IMG/VR virus record: IMGVR_UViG_3300010218_000011
Direction: 5' to 3' (one strand)
Length of the DNA stretch: 64,000 nt
Source of the DNA: a virus
Below, piece by piece: positions 34,742 to 41,834 of the stretch (its first letter is position 1; every line of letters starts with the position of its first letter). The translations under genes and the position numbers were made by a program. Below the pieces are notes generated by a model, which ran no database searches, was not told the origin of the DNA, and saw nothing but the letters and a program-made list of their open reading frames with translations.

Positions 34742-35585
34742 TTTTTCCGTTCTCGTAGTTGCCTTGCAGTACCTTCACGAAATTCTCAGCCTTCACGAGC
34801 CAACCCAAATCGCAGTTTTCCCATTTGCCATTTCGGCCGGTGAGAAAATCGCTTTTCGCGGCATACGTAAAGAACCGGGCGAACCAGGCGACGGCACTCG
34901 CCTCATCCGTGGCGTGCCGGCTGCCATCGCGCTTCTTGGCCGTCAGTACCCACCGCCATCTAGCCCGCATTGCGCCTTGTCGTTCCCCCTCCCAGCTCAC
35001 GGGGTAGGGCAGCATCGGCAAATGCTCGGCATACAACTCGATCAGTTTTTGATGCGGGCAGTTCGGAATCCGATTTTTGGATCGCGCCTCGGCATCGCCG
35101 AGCGCAACCTCTACGTCAGTAGAGGAATTAGATTCTTCTCTAATCTCATCTCCTCTAGGCGTCACATCGCGTTCCTCATCGTCACCGAGCGTCACATCTG
35201 CGTCACCAATTAATTCAAACGTCTCATTATTCTTTCGCTCTCTATAGGCCCTCGTCCGCTCTGCGCTTGAGTCGTCGCGCTTCGACTGGCGCCGATCCCA
35301 TTGGGTAACCGAGTTGTCGACGATCATTCCTTTGGCCGCAAAGGCCTCAAGAATCTTCGAACAAACACCGTCCTCAACCTCAAGAAGAACGTCGTAGTCG
35401 TCACACGCAAAGTTTGTGACGTCACCTCGCGTCACGCGTGCGTCACCATGCGTCACATTGCTTGCATACTCAAGCAGGGCAACCCACATCGTTATGACGA
35501 CCGTGAATGGCTGTCCGGACTTTCGCGCGATCGACTTGAACTTCGGGTCGGTAAGCGTGCCGTGCCACCAGCGAAACCAATCCAT
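34728..35585 (-). CDS. Replication initiation / helicase-loading protein
   Basis: 285 aa immediately upstream of dnaB; N-terminal MDWFRWWHGTLTDPKF (DUF1376-like, recalled), acidic linker. Confidence 0.55.
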   Translation of the reverse strand: MDWFRWWHGTLTDPKFKSIARKSGQPFTVVITMWVALLEYASNVTHGDARVTRGDVTNFACDDYDVLLEVEDGVCSKILEAFAAKGMIVDNSVTQWDRRQSKRDDSSAERTRAYRERKNNETFELIGDADVTLGDDEERDVTPRGDEIREESNSSTDVEVALGDAEARSKNRIPNCPHQKLIELYAEHLPMLPYPVSWEGERQGAMRARWRWVLTAKKRDGSRHATDEASAVAWFARFFTYAAKSDFLTGRNGKWENCDLGWLVKAENFVKVLQGNYENGKNERP

Positions 35586-35599
35586 TTACGCTCCTGGCG

Positions 35600-36013
35600 T
35601 CAGCGCAATTCCGAAACCACATTGATCCCCACATCGCGGGCCATCTGTTCTGTTACGCGAATACGTTCGCGGAACTTCGGGCTTTCGGCGTAGAGGAACG
35701 CTTTCATCTGGTGCTCGCACAGGGAATCAGCGAGCTCTTCATTCATGACCAACTCAGTTATTCTCATCAAATCGCATTTGAAGAACTCCCGGCCCTGAGA
35801 AAAGCGAACGTCAGCGAGATATCCGTGGAATTCCTGCTCCATGTCACGGGCATCCCTGTACTCGGCATAGCAAATCAGGTCGAAATCGGCTGGAACTCCG
35901 GTACTGCGACTCAATTCTTCGCAGCGAAGTGACGGGCTGCGATCGGTGTAGCCGACCTTATAGATGCCAGGCATGGCCCGATTACCAAGGATGTACACAA
36001 ACCCGTAAGCCAT
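35600..36013 (-). CDS. T5orf172 / GIY-YIG-like domain protein
   Basis: MAYGFVYILGN..PGIYKVGYTDRSP..R..EL; ATGA overlap with the upstream ORF. Confidence 0.65.
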   Translation of the reverse strand: MAYGFVYILGNRAMPGIYKVGYTDRSPSLRCEELSRSTGVPADFDLICYAEYRDARDMEQEFHGYLADVRFSQGREFFKCDLMRITELVMNEELADSLCEHQMKAFLYAESPKFRERIRVTEQMARDVGINVVSELR

Positions 36014-36243
36014 CACTTCCCCTCGTTCTGTCTTCCAACCTTCACCACATACCCCCGCAGCACCCGAATCGCCTCCCCTGCCATCCGCGTTGCCGGCGTG
36101 TCTTCCTTGCACACGGTCATGCGGTGCAGTAGCTCCGAGAGCTTCGCGAGGTCGGGATCGGCTATCGGGAAAACGTCGGGCGGCAACTTCACCGCGGCGA
36201 TCGTTTTGGCGATGCGTGATTCGGATTTGGAGAGGCGGATCAC
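36013..36243 (-). CDS. Hypothetical protein
   Basis: 76 aa from a GTG in a GTGA overlap with the 29-aa peptide ORF (the track ORF extends to 36276). Confidence 0.4.
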   Translation of the reverse strand: MIRLSKSESRIAKTIAAVKLPPDVFPIADPDLAKLSELLHRMTVCKEDTPATRMAGEAIRVLRGYVVKVGRQNEGK

Positions 36244-36329
36244 TTGAGCACCCACTCGGCGACACCAGCAAGCCACACAGTCACCATTAGCGCCCAGATA
36301 GCGATGCAGACGTATGCGCAGGGTTTCAT
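36240..36329 (-). CDS. 29-aa hydrophobic micro-protein
   Basis: MKPCAYVCIAIWALMVTVWLAGVAEWVLK; AAGGAGG 4 nt upstream; ATGA overlap with the upstream ORF. Confidence 0.45.
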   Translation of the reverse strand: MKPCAYVCIAIWALMVTVWLAGVAEWVLK

Positions 36330-36613
36330 GCGGCCTCCTTCGCCAGATACCGCCCGATCATCGACCGGAGCTTGCGAGCCTGTTTGACGCTCTCCTTGGC
36401 GGCCATACGGCGGTCGTAGAACGCTTCGTCAATATCCTGATCGGGTTCGCCGTGCGGTTCACCGATATAGCTTTCGCCGTTCTCGCTTGACCACGTGCGC
36501 AGCAGCGCTACATTCCGCGCCTTCGCCTCGATCCATACCTTGCGAGCCTTCTGCGCTTCGATGGCTTGCAGGCCGATAGAGGCGAGGGCGGATGTGTTTT
36601 CGAGCGGGGTCAT
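36326..36613 (-). CDS. Hypothetical protein
   Basis: 95-aa ORF, coupled to neighbours. Confidence 0.5.
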   Translation of the reverse strand: MTPLENTSALASIGLQAIEAQKARKVWIEAKARNVALLRTWSSENGESYIGEPHGEPDQDIDEAFYDRRMAAKESVKQARKLRSMIGRYLAKEAA

Positions 36614-37311
36614 GCTGCCACCTCGGTAGCGTATTTACGTTGCAGATAGACCTGACCGCGCCCGGTTACGAGCGTCTTGAATGTCGGATGAGCCTCTTTC
36701 GCAGCGTCGAACCAGACGTTCTCGATAACGCGGAAATAGCCGCGGTCAATGAAATGCTGATACGGGCGCGTGCAAGCGGGCATCAGAATGTGGTCGTCAC
36801 GCAGGCGGCGAAAGAGCCGGTTCTGGCCCGTGCCGAGCAGCCGAGCCATATCGCCGATGCTGATCGCATCCTCGGTGTTGCGAACGGCGTGAGCGAATTC
36901 AACGGCCGGCGCTTGTTCGGCGATCGTAGTCTGAAGCTCGATCACCTTCTCCGTGTACTGGAGGAGTGTCGTGCGCAGAAACGCGGGGTCGTCGAGGTTT
37001 ATTGCGAGTTTTTGAGGCTCACTCATCTCCTTCAGTTTTTCGTTCACAGCGCGGCGAACGACTTTTGACTCGCGCATCAGCACGTACATGCATTGATCGC
37101 GTGTAAGGCGCATAGCCTGAGATTGCGTGGCGTTGCCGTTATCCACTACGAAGGTTTCGTAGTGCTCCCCATCGAGCTCATCACGGCAGCGCGCGTGGAA
37201 ATCGTTGCGGCGAACCTGCGTTTCATCGGCTTGTGTGCGAGCGGCATTCACCAGGTTGAGCAGATCCAGACTCGACATGGTTTGCTCGGAGTTCAGAGTG
37301 AGTGCGTTCAT
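36610..37311 (-). CDS. Antirepressor-like protein with KilA-C domain
   Basis: 233 aa; C-terminal half ..APAVEFAHAV..ISIGDMARLLG..NRLFRRLRDDHIL.. resembles KilAC (recalled). Confidence 0.65.
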   Translation of the reverse strand: MNALTLNSEQTMSSLDLLNLVNAARTQADETQVRRNDFHARCRDELDGEHYETFVVDNGNATQSQAMRLTRDQCMYVLMRESKVVRRAVNEKLKEMSEPQKLAINLDDPAFLRTTLLQYTEKVIELQTTIAEQAPAVEFAHAVRNTEDAISIGDMARLLGTGQNRLFRRLRDDHILMPACTRPYQHFIDRGYFRVIENVWFDAAKEAHPTFKTLVTGRGQVYLQRKYATEVAA

Positions 37312-37700
37312 GCGGCGCTCCGAATCAATCCGACGCGCTCCATGCGGTCCGCAAGTTTTTGCATGGATTTCTGCGCCTCGATGAACTCGCGCTGTAGCCG
37401 TGCCTTTTCGTCTTCCGGCTCAATCGGAGTCGGATCGGCATAACCGGATTCGCGCGAGAGGAAATTCATTGCCGCATGCGTACCGCGTTCGCGACCCATG
37501 CGCAGCAGCATCAGCACATGCTCCGGGCCGAGCTTCTCGACGCGATCCTCATTGAGGCACGCCAACAGCAGACGGTGAGCGGCATCAGGGGTCTTCTCCG
37601 GCCAAAGCTTGCAGCCCACTACCTTCGCGCCACCGCACGCCTTTACAACGGCGTCCAGCGCGTCATTAACCGTTTCATAGAACAAGGCTTCTTGGGGCAT
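37308..37700 (-). CDS. Hypothetical early protein (position of lambda cII)
   Basis: 130-aa ORF, first gene after the post-cro terminator. Confidence 0.4.
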   Translation of the reverse strand: MPQEALFYETVNDALDAVVKACGGAKVVGCKLWPEKTPDAAHRLLLACLNEDRVEKLGPEHVLMLLRMGRERGTHAAMNFLSRESGYADPTPIEPEDEKARLQREFIEAQKSMQKLADRMERVGLIRSAA

Positions 37701-37750
37701 ACCAAACGTTCCCTAATTTTTTGTAGCCGTTTGTAGTGCTGCACTGCGGC

Positions 37751-37775
37751 GAAAAAAGGGAGACTTCCGTCTCCG
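37751..37775 (-). terminator. tR1-like intrinsic terminator after the cro-like gene
   Basis: Minus strand GGAGAC-GGAA-GTCTCC followed by CTTTTTTCG. Confidence 0.65.
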
Positions 37776-37804
37776 ATACCTCAACAACAAAAACCGCTAT
37801 GCGA

Positions 37805-38074
37805 TCAATCCGACTTCCGCGCTTGCTTGGTCTTGCGAGCGTTGCCGCCACCAGAAGCCAACTCGGGCCACACCTGCGCCCAATCGTCGCGAAGGTCTTG
37901 GCGCCTCACCTCGCCGCTCGATTCGTTCTCGATTCGCACGCAAAGCTCGCAGCGAAATTTCTGGCCGGCGCTTCTCGCCTTGCGCATGTATCCCTCCGAC
38001 GTACCGCAACGCATCGCGAAGTCTGTGCGCTGGGTCTTGTCGAGGCTGTTCAGGTAGGTGATAAGCTTGTCCAT
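37805..38074 (-). CDS. Cro-like HTH repressor
   Basis: 89 aa from MDKLITYLNSL..; divergent from the cI-like gene. The ATG sits 7 nt after the -10 hexamer, so it may be leaderless; an in-frame GTG lies at 38080. Confidence 0.6.
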   Translation of the reverse strand: MDKLITYLNSLDKTQRTDFAMRCGTSEGYMRKARSAGQKFRCELCVRIENESSGEVRRQDLRDDWAQVWPELASGGGNARKTKQARKSD

Positions 38075-38080
38075 GCCCAC

Positions 38081-38108
38081 ATATTACTAGATGGTAATCA
38101 CAAGTCAA
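38081..38108 (-). promoter_or_regulatory. PR-like early promoter
   Basis: Minus strand TTGACT - 16 nt - TAATAT; the spacer carries a TTAC-N6-GTAA operator; near-identical to the PL-like promoter. Confidence 0.65.
38084..38097. promoter_or_regulatory. Operator half-palindrome TTACTAGATGGTAA
   Basis: TTAC-N6-GTAA inverted repeat inside the PR-like promoter. Confidence 0.55.
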
Positions 38109-38122
38109 CACCTTTTGGTGAT

Positions 38123-38136
38123 TTACCTTTAGGTAA
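38123..38136. promoter_or_regulatory. Operator TTACCTTTAGGTAA
   Basis: Perfect 6-2-6 palindrome 16 nt upstream of the cI-like start. Confidence 0.55.
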
Positions 38137-38151
38137 TGGACAATAGCGGTC

Positions 38152-38976
38152 ATGGCTACCACCAAAGACATACGAGACATACGAAAGCAGGAGTCGGATC
38201 GACGCCGGGCGCGACTATCAGAGTTGATCGACGCCTACTTCGATGGCGTCCAGCGGAATTTTGTCGACCGCATCAAGATCAACCAGGGCGAGCTTTCGGG
38301 GCTACTTAAGGACAAGTCGTTCGGGGGACTCAAGGCAAGATCGATAGAGGAGAAGGCGCACCTCATTAGCGGCAGCCTGGACGAGCCTATCGGCTCCCCG
38401 TTCTACGCCGACGCCTACCACAATTCGATTACGTCCGATGTGTCGAATAGAGGAGATGCCAAACGTTTAACCGAGGCAGGAAAAGAGGCATTTAGGGGTA
38501 ATCTTTTCCCTACAGAAGATCTACCTCAACCCTCGGAAGAAGAGTTCGCACTCGTGCCTCAGCTCGACATAGCAGCGGCCTGCGGCCACGGCCGGTTTGA
38601 CGATCACGTCGTCATAAAGGGTGGCCTCGCATTCAAGAAATCGTTTTTGAAGGAATACGGGGTGCCGGAACACGCGGCGCGCATCATCTACGCGTCCGGC
38701 GGCAGCATGCACCCGCGGATTCAAGACGGCCGAGTCGTGCTTATCAATACAGCGGAGAGGAGCCCAACTGACGGGCGAATTTTTGCGGTTTGCCTGCCTG
38801 ACGGCGGCCTGGTTCTTAAGCGCTTGGTGCAGGACTACCATCCGCTCGCCAACGGGATCGTTTGGATTCTCCGTAGCGATAACCCTGATAAGACGCAGTT
38901 CCCTGACAAGATTCTTCCGCCGGATGATCGGACCATGATCGTCGGCCGCGCCGTCTGGACCGATAGCATCCTCTAG
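38152..38976 (+). CDS. CI-like repressor with S24 (LexA-type) autopeptidase domain
   Basis: 274 aa; C-terminal ..GGSMHPRIQDGRVVLIN....GGLVLKRL.. (Ser/Lys dyad context); divergent from cro. Confidence 0.8.
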   Translation: MATTKDIRDIRKQESDRRRARLSELIDAYFDGVQRNFVDRIKINQGELSGLLKDKSFGGLKARSIEEKAHLISGSLDEPIGSPFYADAYHNSITSDVSNRGDAKRLTEAGKEAFRGNLFPTEDLPQPSEEEFALVPQLDIAAACGHGRFDDHVVIKGGLAFKKSFLKEYGVPEHAARIIYASGGSMHPRIQDGRVVLINTAERSPTDGRIFAVCLPDGGLVLKRLVQDYHPLANGIVWILRSDNPDKTQFPDKILPPDDRTMIVGRAVWTDSIL

Positions 38977-38999
38977 AGCCCCAAGAGCCGCGCCAACCA

Positions 39000-39025
39000 A
39001 GCCCGCCGAGCGCGGGCTTTTCTTC
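39000..39025 (+). terminator. Intrinsic terminator after the cI-like gene
   Basis: AGCCCGC-CGAGC-GCGGGCT followed by TTTTCTT. Confidence 0.7.
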
Positions 39026-39036
39026 GTGCAAAAAAA

Positions 39037-39050
39037 TTACCAAACGGTAT
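39037..39050. promoter_or_regulatory. Operator-like TTACCAAACGGTAT
   Basis: Same TTAC-N6-GTAA family (one mismatch), abutting the -35 of the PL-like promoter. Confidence 0.45.
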
Positions 39051-39077
39051 TGACAACGCTTTACCATGTAGTAATAT
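39050..39077 (+). promoter_or_regulatory. PL-like early promoter
   Basis: TTGACA - 16 nt - TAATAT. Confidence 0.65.
39061..39074. promoter_or_regulatory. Operator TTACCATGTAGTAA
   Basis: TTAC-N6-GTAA in the promoter spacer; the same core (TTACCATNTAGTAATATG) as at the PR-like promoter. Confidence 0.55.
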
Positions 39078-39113
39078 GGTCTCCATCGGCACCACACACC
39101 CACGGAGAACGAG

Positions 39114-39431
39114 ATGAGCCAAGCACTTGACCACGGGATTCTGAATGTACCCCTGGCGAAGCGCGGGAACATCGATTCTCATATCGACGCCTACAAGCGC
39201 GAGCAAGCGAAGGTAGCGAACGCCGCTCGCAAGGTGGCTGCGGTTCAGCACAAGTCGGACAAGGCAATCGCCAAAGACCGTCTCGCGCTGATCCTCGCGC
39301 GCCCCGAGTTGCTGGCAGCAAAAGCCGAAGCGATGAACGTCGCCTTGAAAGACTTGCGCGAGCATCTTCGCAGCTGGTCGATTTGGGAGCCGAAGAAATT
39401 GATGGCGCTGGCCGATAAGTGGCTCGCCTAA
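39114..39431 (+). CDS. Hypothetical first gene of the PL-like operon
   Basis: 105 aa, GGAGA Shine-Dalgarno; no Arg-rich N-like motif seen. Confidence 0.5.
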   Translation: MSQALDHGILNVPLAKRGNIDSHIDAYKREQAKVANAARKVAAVQHKSDKAIAKDRLALILARPELLAAKAEAMNVALKDLREHLRSWSIWEPKKLMALADKWLA

Positions 39432-39448
39432 CCACCCAGGAGCACCAA

Positions 39449-39574
39449 ATGTCCCAAGCCGCATCCGACCTAATCCAGTCCCGCACAGATAGGCAAGTCA
39501 CGCAGATAGAGCGCCGCAGGATGGCGGCGGCTTTGATTTCCGAGGGTGTTCGCGATGAGCGCGGCGGCTGCTAA
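39449..39574 (+). CDS. Hypothetical 41-aa protein
   Basis: MSQAASDLIQSRTDRQVTQIERRRMAAALISEG..; AGGAG 6 nt upstream. Confidence 0.4.
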   Translation: MSQAASDLIQSRTDRQVTQIERRRMAAALISEGVRDERGGC

Positions 39575-39616
39575 ACATCGAAACCGCCGCAGCTCACCGC
39601 GGTGACAAGGGGAATC

Positions 39617-39739
39617 ATGCTGATCCTATTCCTGCTGCCGCTGATCGTTGTGTGCGTACTTCGACATTGGCAGCTTAACCAGGGCACGCCCAGCGCGCAA
39701 CGAGCGCCAAGCCGGCTGGCAAAGATGGATTACGGCTAA
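39617..39739 (+). CDS. 40-aa membrane micro-protein
   Basis: MLILFLLPLIVVCVLRHWQLNQG..; AAGGGGA upstream. Confidence 0.35.
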   Translation: MLILFLLPLIVVCVLRHWQLNQGTPSAQRAPSRLAKMDYG

Positions 39740-40571
39740 CTGGTGCGGCATCTCGATACGCACGTTGGGATGCCGCCGAAACCGAACCCATACCCAAGTG
39801 CTGGGCGTCCCGAATGTCGCCCAGCACCGAACAAAGGTTGTTCGTAGCAGCAAGCCCGCCGATAGGTTTGCTAGTGCGAATAGCACAGCAGCAGAGGAAC
39901 ACAGGCGCATGGCGCGTCCTGGTAGGGCAAGCTCTTTAACAACGTGGTGATGAGTGTTAGTCAGTGCTGGCCGCCTAGGTGGTCATGGGACGTAACGCAG
40001 AAAGGGTAGACCCCCTTCGGCCTGAGCGACCAGCCCTGACGACATTCAACACCACACCAGAAGGCATACCAGTAATGGCGGGGCCAACGCGCTACCCCGG
40101 AGAAGATCAGCGCCTATCAGTGATCCGCCTGGCCGCCAGAGTGGCTATAGAACGGATTGCTGATTGAGTAACAACCCGAACCCAAGCCGGAGCCGATAAA
40201 AAGGGTGTAGCCGGATGGGTTTGAGGAAGCAGTACTCAGGCGTAGCGATTGGCTAGGGAAGGTTGGGCCTTCCTCGGTTGACATTCGGTGGACCCCGCTG
40301 CCGAGCGTTTTCCGATCCCGGTTCGAATCCGGGCGGTCAGTCGCTACACCTGAGTGCTTGCATTAAATCCCTAAGCGCCCGGTAGATAGGGCGGCGCAAC
40401 GCAAAGGTCCACGTCCCTTGCGAAGCGCGGCTATGACGTGGCGCCGGTGTGATAGCGATACGCGCTGACAGGCTGGAAAGTACGGTCCACCCGGCGCCAA
40501 TGATGAGCGCGTCCCGGTACGAGGGTAAGCCGGACCTATTCAATCGACCGTCAAGCATTAAGGAGTCCTAA
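39740..40571 (+). ncRNA. About 830 nt untranslated, hairpin-rich segment of the PL-like transcript (function unknown)
   Basis: The only >60-aa plus-strand ORFs use rare A/T-ending codons (ATA, AGA, AGG, CTA, GTA). Contains rrn-type boxA, 10-bp hairpin GTGCTGGGCG/CGCCCAGCAC, T-arm-like CCCGG-TTCGAAT-CCGGG (40317..40333), and GGTGTAGC (40204..11) complementary to GCTACACC (40343..50). Confidence 0.4.
39931..39942 (+). promoter_or_regulatory. rrn-type boxA (NusB/NusE antitermination element)
   Basis: GCTCTTTAACAA matches 12 of 13 positions of the rrn boxA consensus TGCTCTTTAACAA, on the transcribed strand about 0.85 kb downstream of the PL-like promoter. Confidence 0.55.
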
Positions 40572-40757
40572 ATGAAAATCAGTCTCGATTTGATCCAAGA
40601 CGCCGACAATGCAGCGCCGGTCGAGGTGCTCTTTGAGGGCGTCAAAACGGACAAAGGTAATGCTTTGTTAGTCAAGCTCAGTGAGCCGCGCGACGAATTC
40701 TTGATCCATCGCGCCGAGCTTGCATGGGTCACTTCTCAAGCATGGAGGTCGGAATGA
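40572..40757 (+). CDS. Hypothetical 61-aa protein
   Basis: AAGGAG Shine-Dalgarno; ATGA overlap with the next ORF. Confidence 0.5.
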   Translation: MKISLDLIQDADNAAPVEVLFEGVKTDKGNALLVKLSEPRDEFLIHRAELAWVTSQAWRSE

Positions 40758-40930
40758 CCATCGAACCCAAGTTTCTCGGCGCGCCTCCTGTGGGCCTTGT
40801 CGAAAAGAGCCGCAATCGCGTCGAGCACACGATCTACGTTGGCAGCACGCATTACGACAGCTACCAGATGCTCGACGGCGTGAGTCACTACTGCGGAAGT
40901 GTGGATTACCGCCAGATCACGCTGCAATGA
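40754..40930 (+). CDS. Hypothetical 58-aa protein
   Basis: MTIEPKFLGAPPVGLVEKSRNRVEHTIYVG.. Confidence 0.45.
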   Translation: MTIEPKFLGAPPVGLVEKSRNRVEHTIYVGSTHYDSYQMLDGVSHYCGSVDYRQITLQ

Positions 40931-40931
40931 T

Positions 40932-41075
40932 ATGCGCTACGTCGACAAGCACCCCAGCCATGATGATTGGCTACTTCGCGATGCGCCGGATGACGAGCCT
41001 CTGACCGAGGACGGGCGACGCGAACAACGCGAAGACGAACGCGATCGGCGGTGGGTTGAGGAAATGTTTAGATGA
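40932..41075 (+). CDS. Hypothetical acidic 47-aa protein
   Basis: MRYVDKHPSHDDWLLRDAPDDEPLTEDGRREQREDERDRRWVEEMFR. Confidence 0.4.
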   Translation: MRYVDKHPSHDDWLLRDAPDDEPLTEDGRREQREDERDRRWVEEMFR

Positions 41076-41082
41076 GGATGAC

Positions 41083-41331
41083 ATGGACAACATCGAAAAC
41101 CGCGTGAAGCAAATCATCGCCGATCAATTCTGTATTGGCCCGGATGAAGTCGATCTGTCGGCCGACATGGGCGCGAAGTATGGGATGGATTCGCTCGATC
41201 AGGTCGAAATCGTCATGATCGCCGAGGACGAATTCAAGATCGGGGTCGCGGATGACAACATGATTCAGGTCAAGACGGCGCAGCAGTTGATCGACTTGGT
41301 TCGCGCTCAGCTCGCACAGCATCAAGTTTGA
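41083..41331 (+). CDS. Acyl carrier protein (orphan, phage-encoded)
   Basis: 82 aa; ..LSADMGAKYGMDSLDQVEIVMIAEDEFKI.. closely matches the ACP phosphopantetheine-attachment motif DLGxDSLDxVELVMxLEEEF. Confidence 0.8.
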   Translation: MDNIENRVKQIIADQFCIGPDEVDLSADMGAKYGMDSLDQVEIVMIAEDEFKIGVADDNMIQVKTAQQLIDLVRAQLAQHQV

Positions 41332-41686
41332 CCGAACTCGACGTGACACCTACCGGGCCTGTAGTGGGCGCAAGGAGTGGTGCGGCTTCCGTGAGAGCGC
41401 GGACCCTAGCCAGGGTGACAGCACTGTAGACGCAGTAGATGCGCACGCCACGCCTTGGCGCACTTTGGAGAGCGGGCCACAGCGCTTTATCTGTGGCGCC
41501 CTGACGAGTGACGGCCTTCGGTAGCGGGCGGGATGCCCTGAAATAGAGCGCCTTTGGTCGTCACCCGCCAGGGCGAAAGCGGATGCCACAATTACCCGAG
41601 CCGCTAGTACGTTGCTGGCCGTAGGCGGAACAACTCGGGGAAACATGGACGCAGCGAGTAGCCTTGCACTTAAGTTAGGAGTCCTC
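41332..41686 (+). ncRNA. About 350 nt untranslated structured spacer after the ACP gene
   Basis: No credible ORF; hairpins such as GCCACAG-N8-CTGTGGC and GTGACG..CGTCAC; ends in TAGGAGTCCTC-ATG, similar to the AAGGAGTCCTAA-ATG that ends the first spacer. Confidence 0.35.
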
Positions 41687-41833
41687 ATGAACCTAATCGA
41701 AGAATTCGAATACCGGCAAATCGAGCGAGTGCATTCGATTGTTGCCGGGGTAAGTCTTGGAGCCGTAGCTGCAATGGTGGCGATGATCGTTGCCGATGGT
41801 GGACGGCTTTATCTAATGCTGATTGGAGGGTGA
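41687..41833 (+). CDS. 48-aa membrane micro-protein
   Basis: MNLIEEFEYRQIERVHSIVAGVSLGAVAAMVAMIVADGG..; AGGAG 6 nt upstream. Confidence 0.45.
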   Translation: MNLIEEFEYRQIERVHSIVAGVSLGAVAAMVAMIVADGGRLYLMLIGG

Positions 41834-41834
41834 G

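Noticed and set aside
39979-40167. 62-aa plus-strand ORF inside the long spacer (and 39648..39950, 100 aa).
   Set aside because: Its codon usage is unlike every neighbouring gene: many ATA, AGA, AGG, CTA and GTA codons and low third-position GC. It has no Shine-Dalgarno sequence, and the boxA and hairpins run through it.
40204-40350. Possible tRNA or tmRNA-like gene, suggested by the perfect T-arm-like CCCGG-TTCGAAT-CCGGG.
   Set aside because: No acceptor stem adjoins the T stem: nine unpaired nt intervene before the only complementary 3' strand. No D arm or anticodon arm could be folded, and there is no CCA or tag-like ORF. I kept it only as a motif inside the larger non-coding segment.
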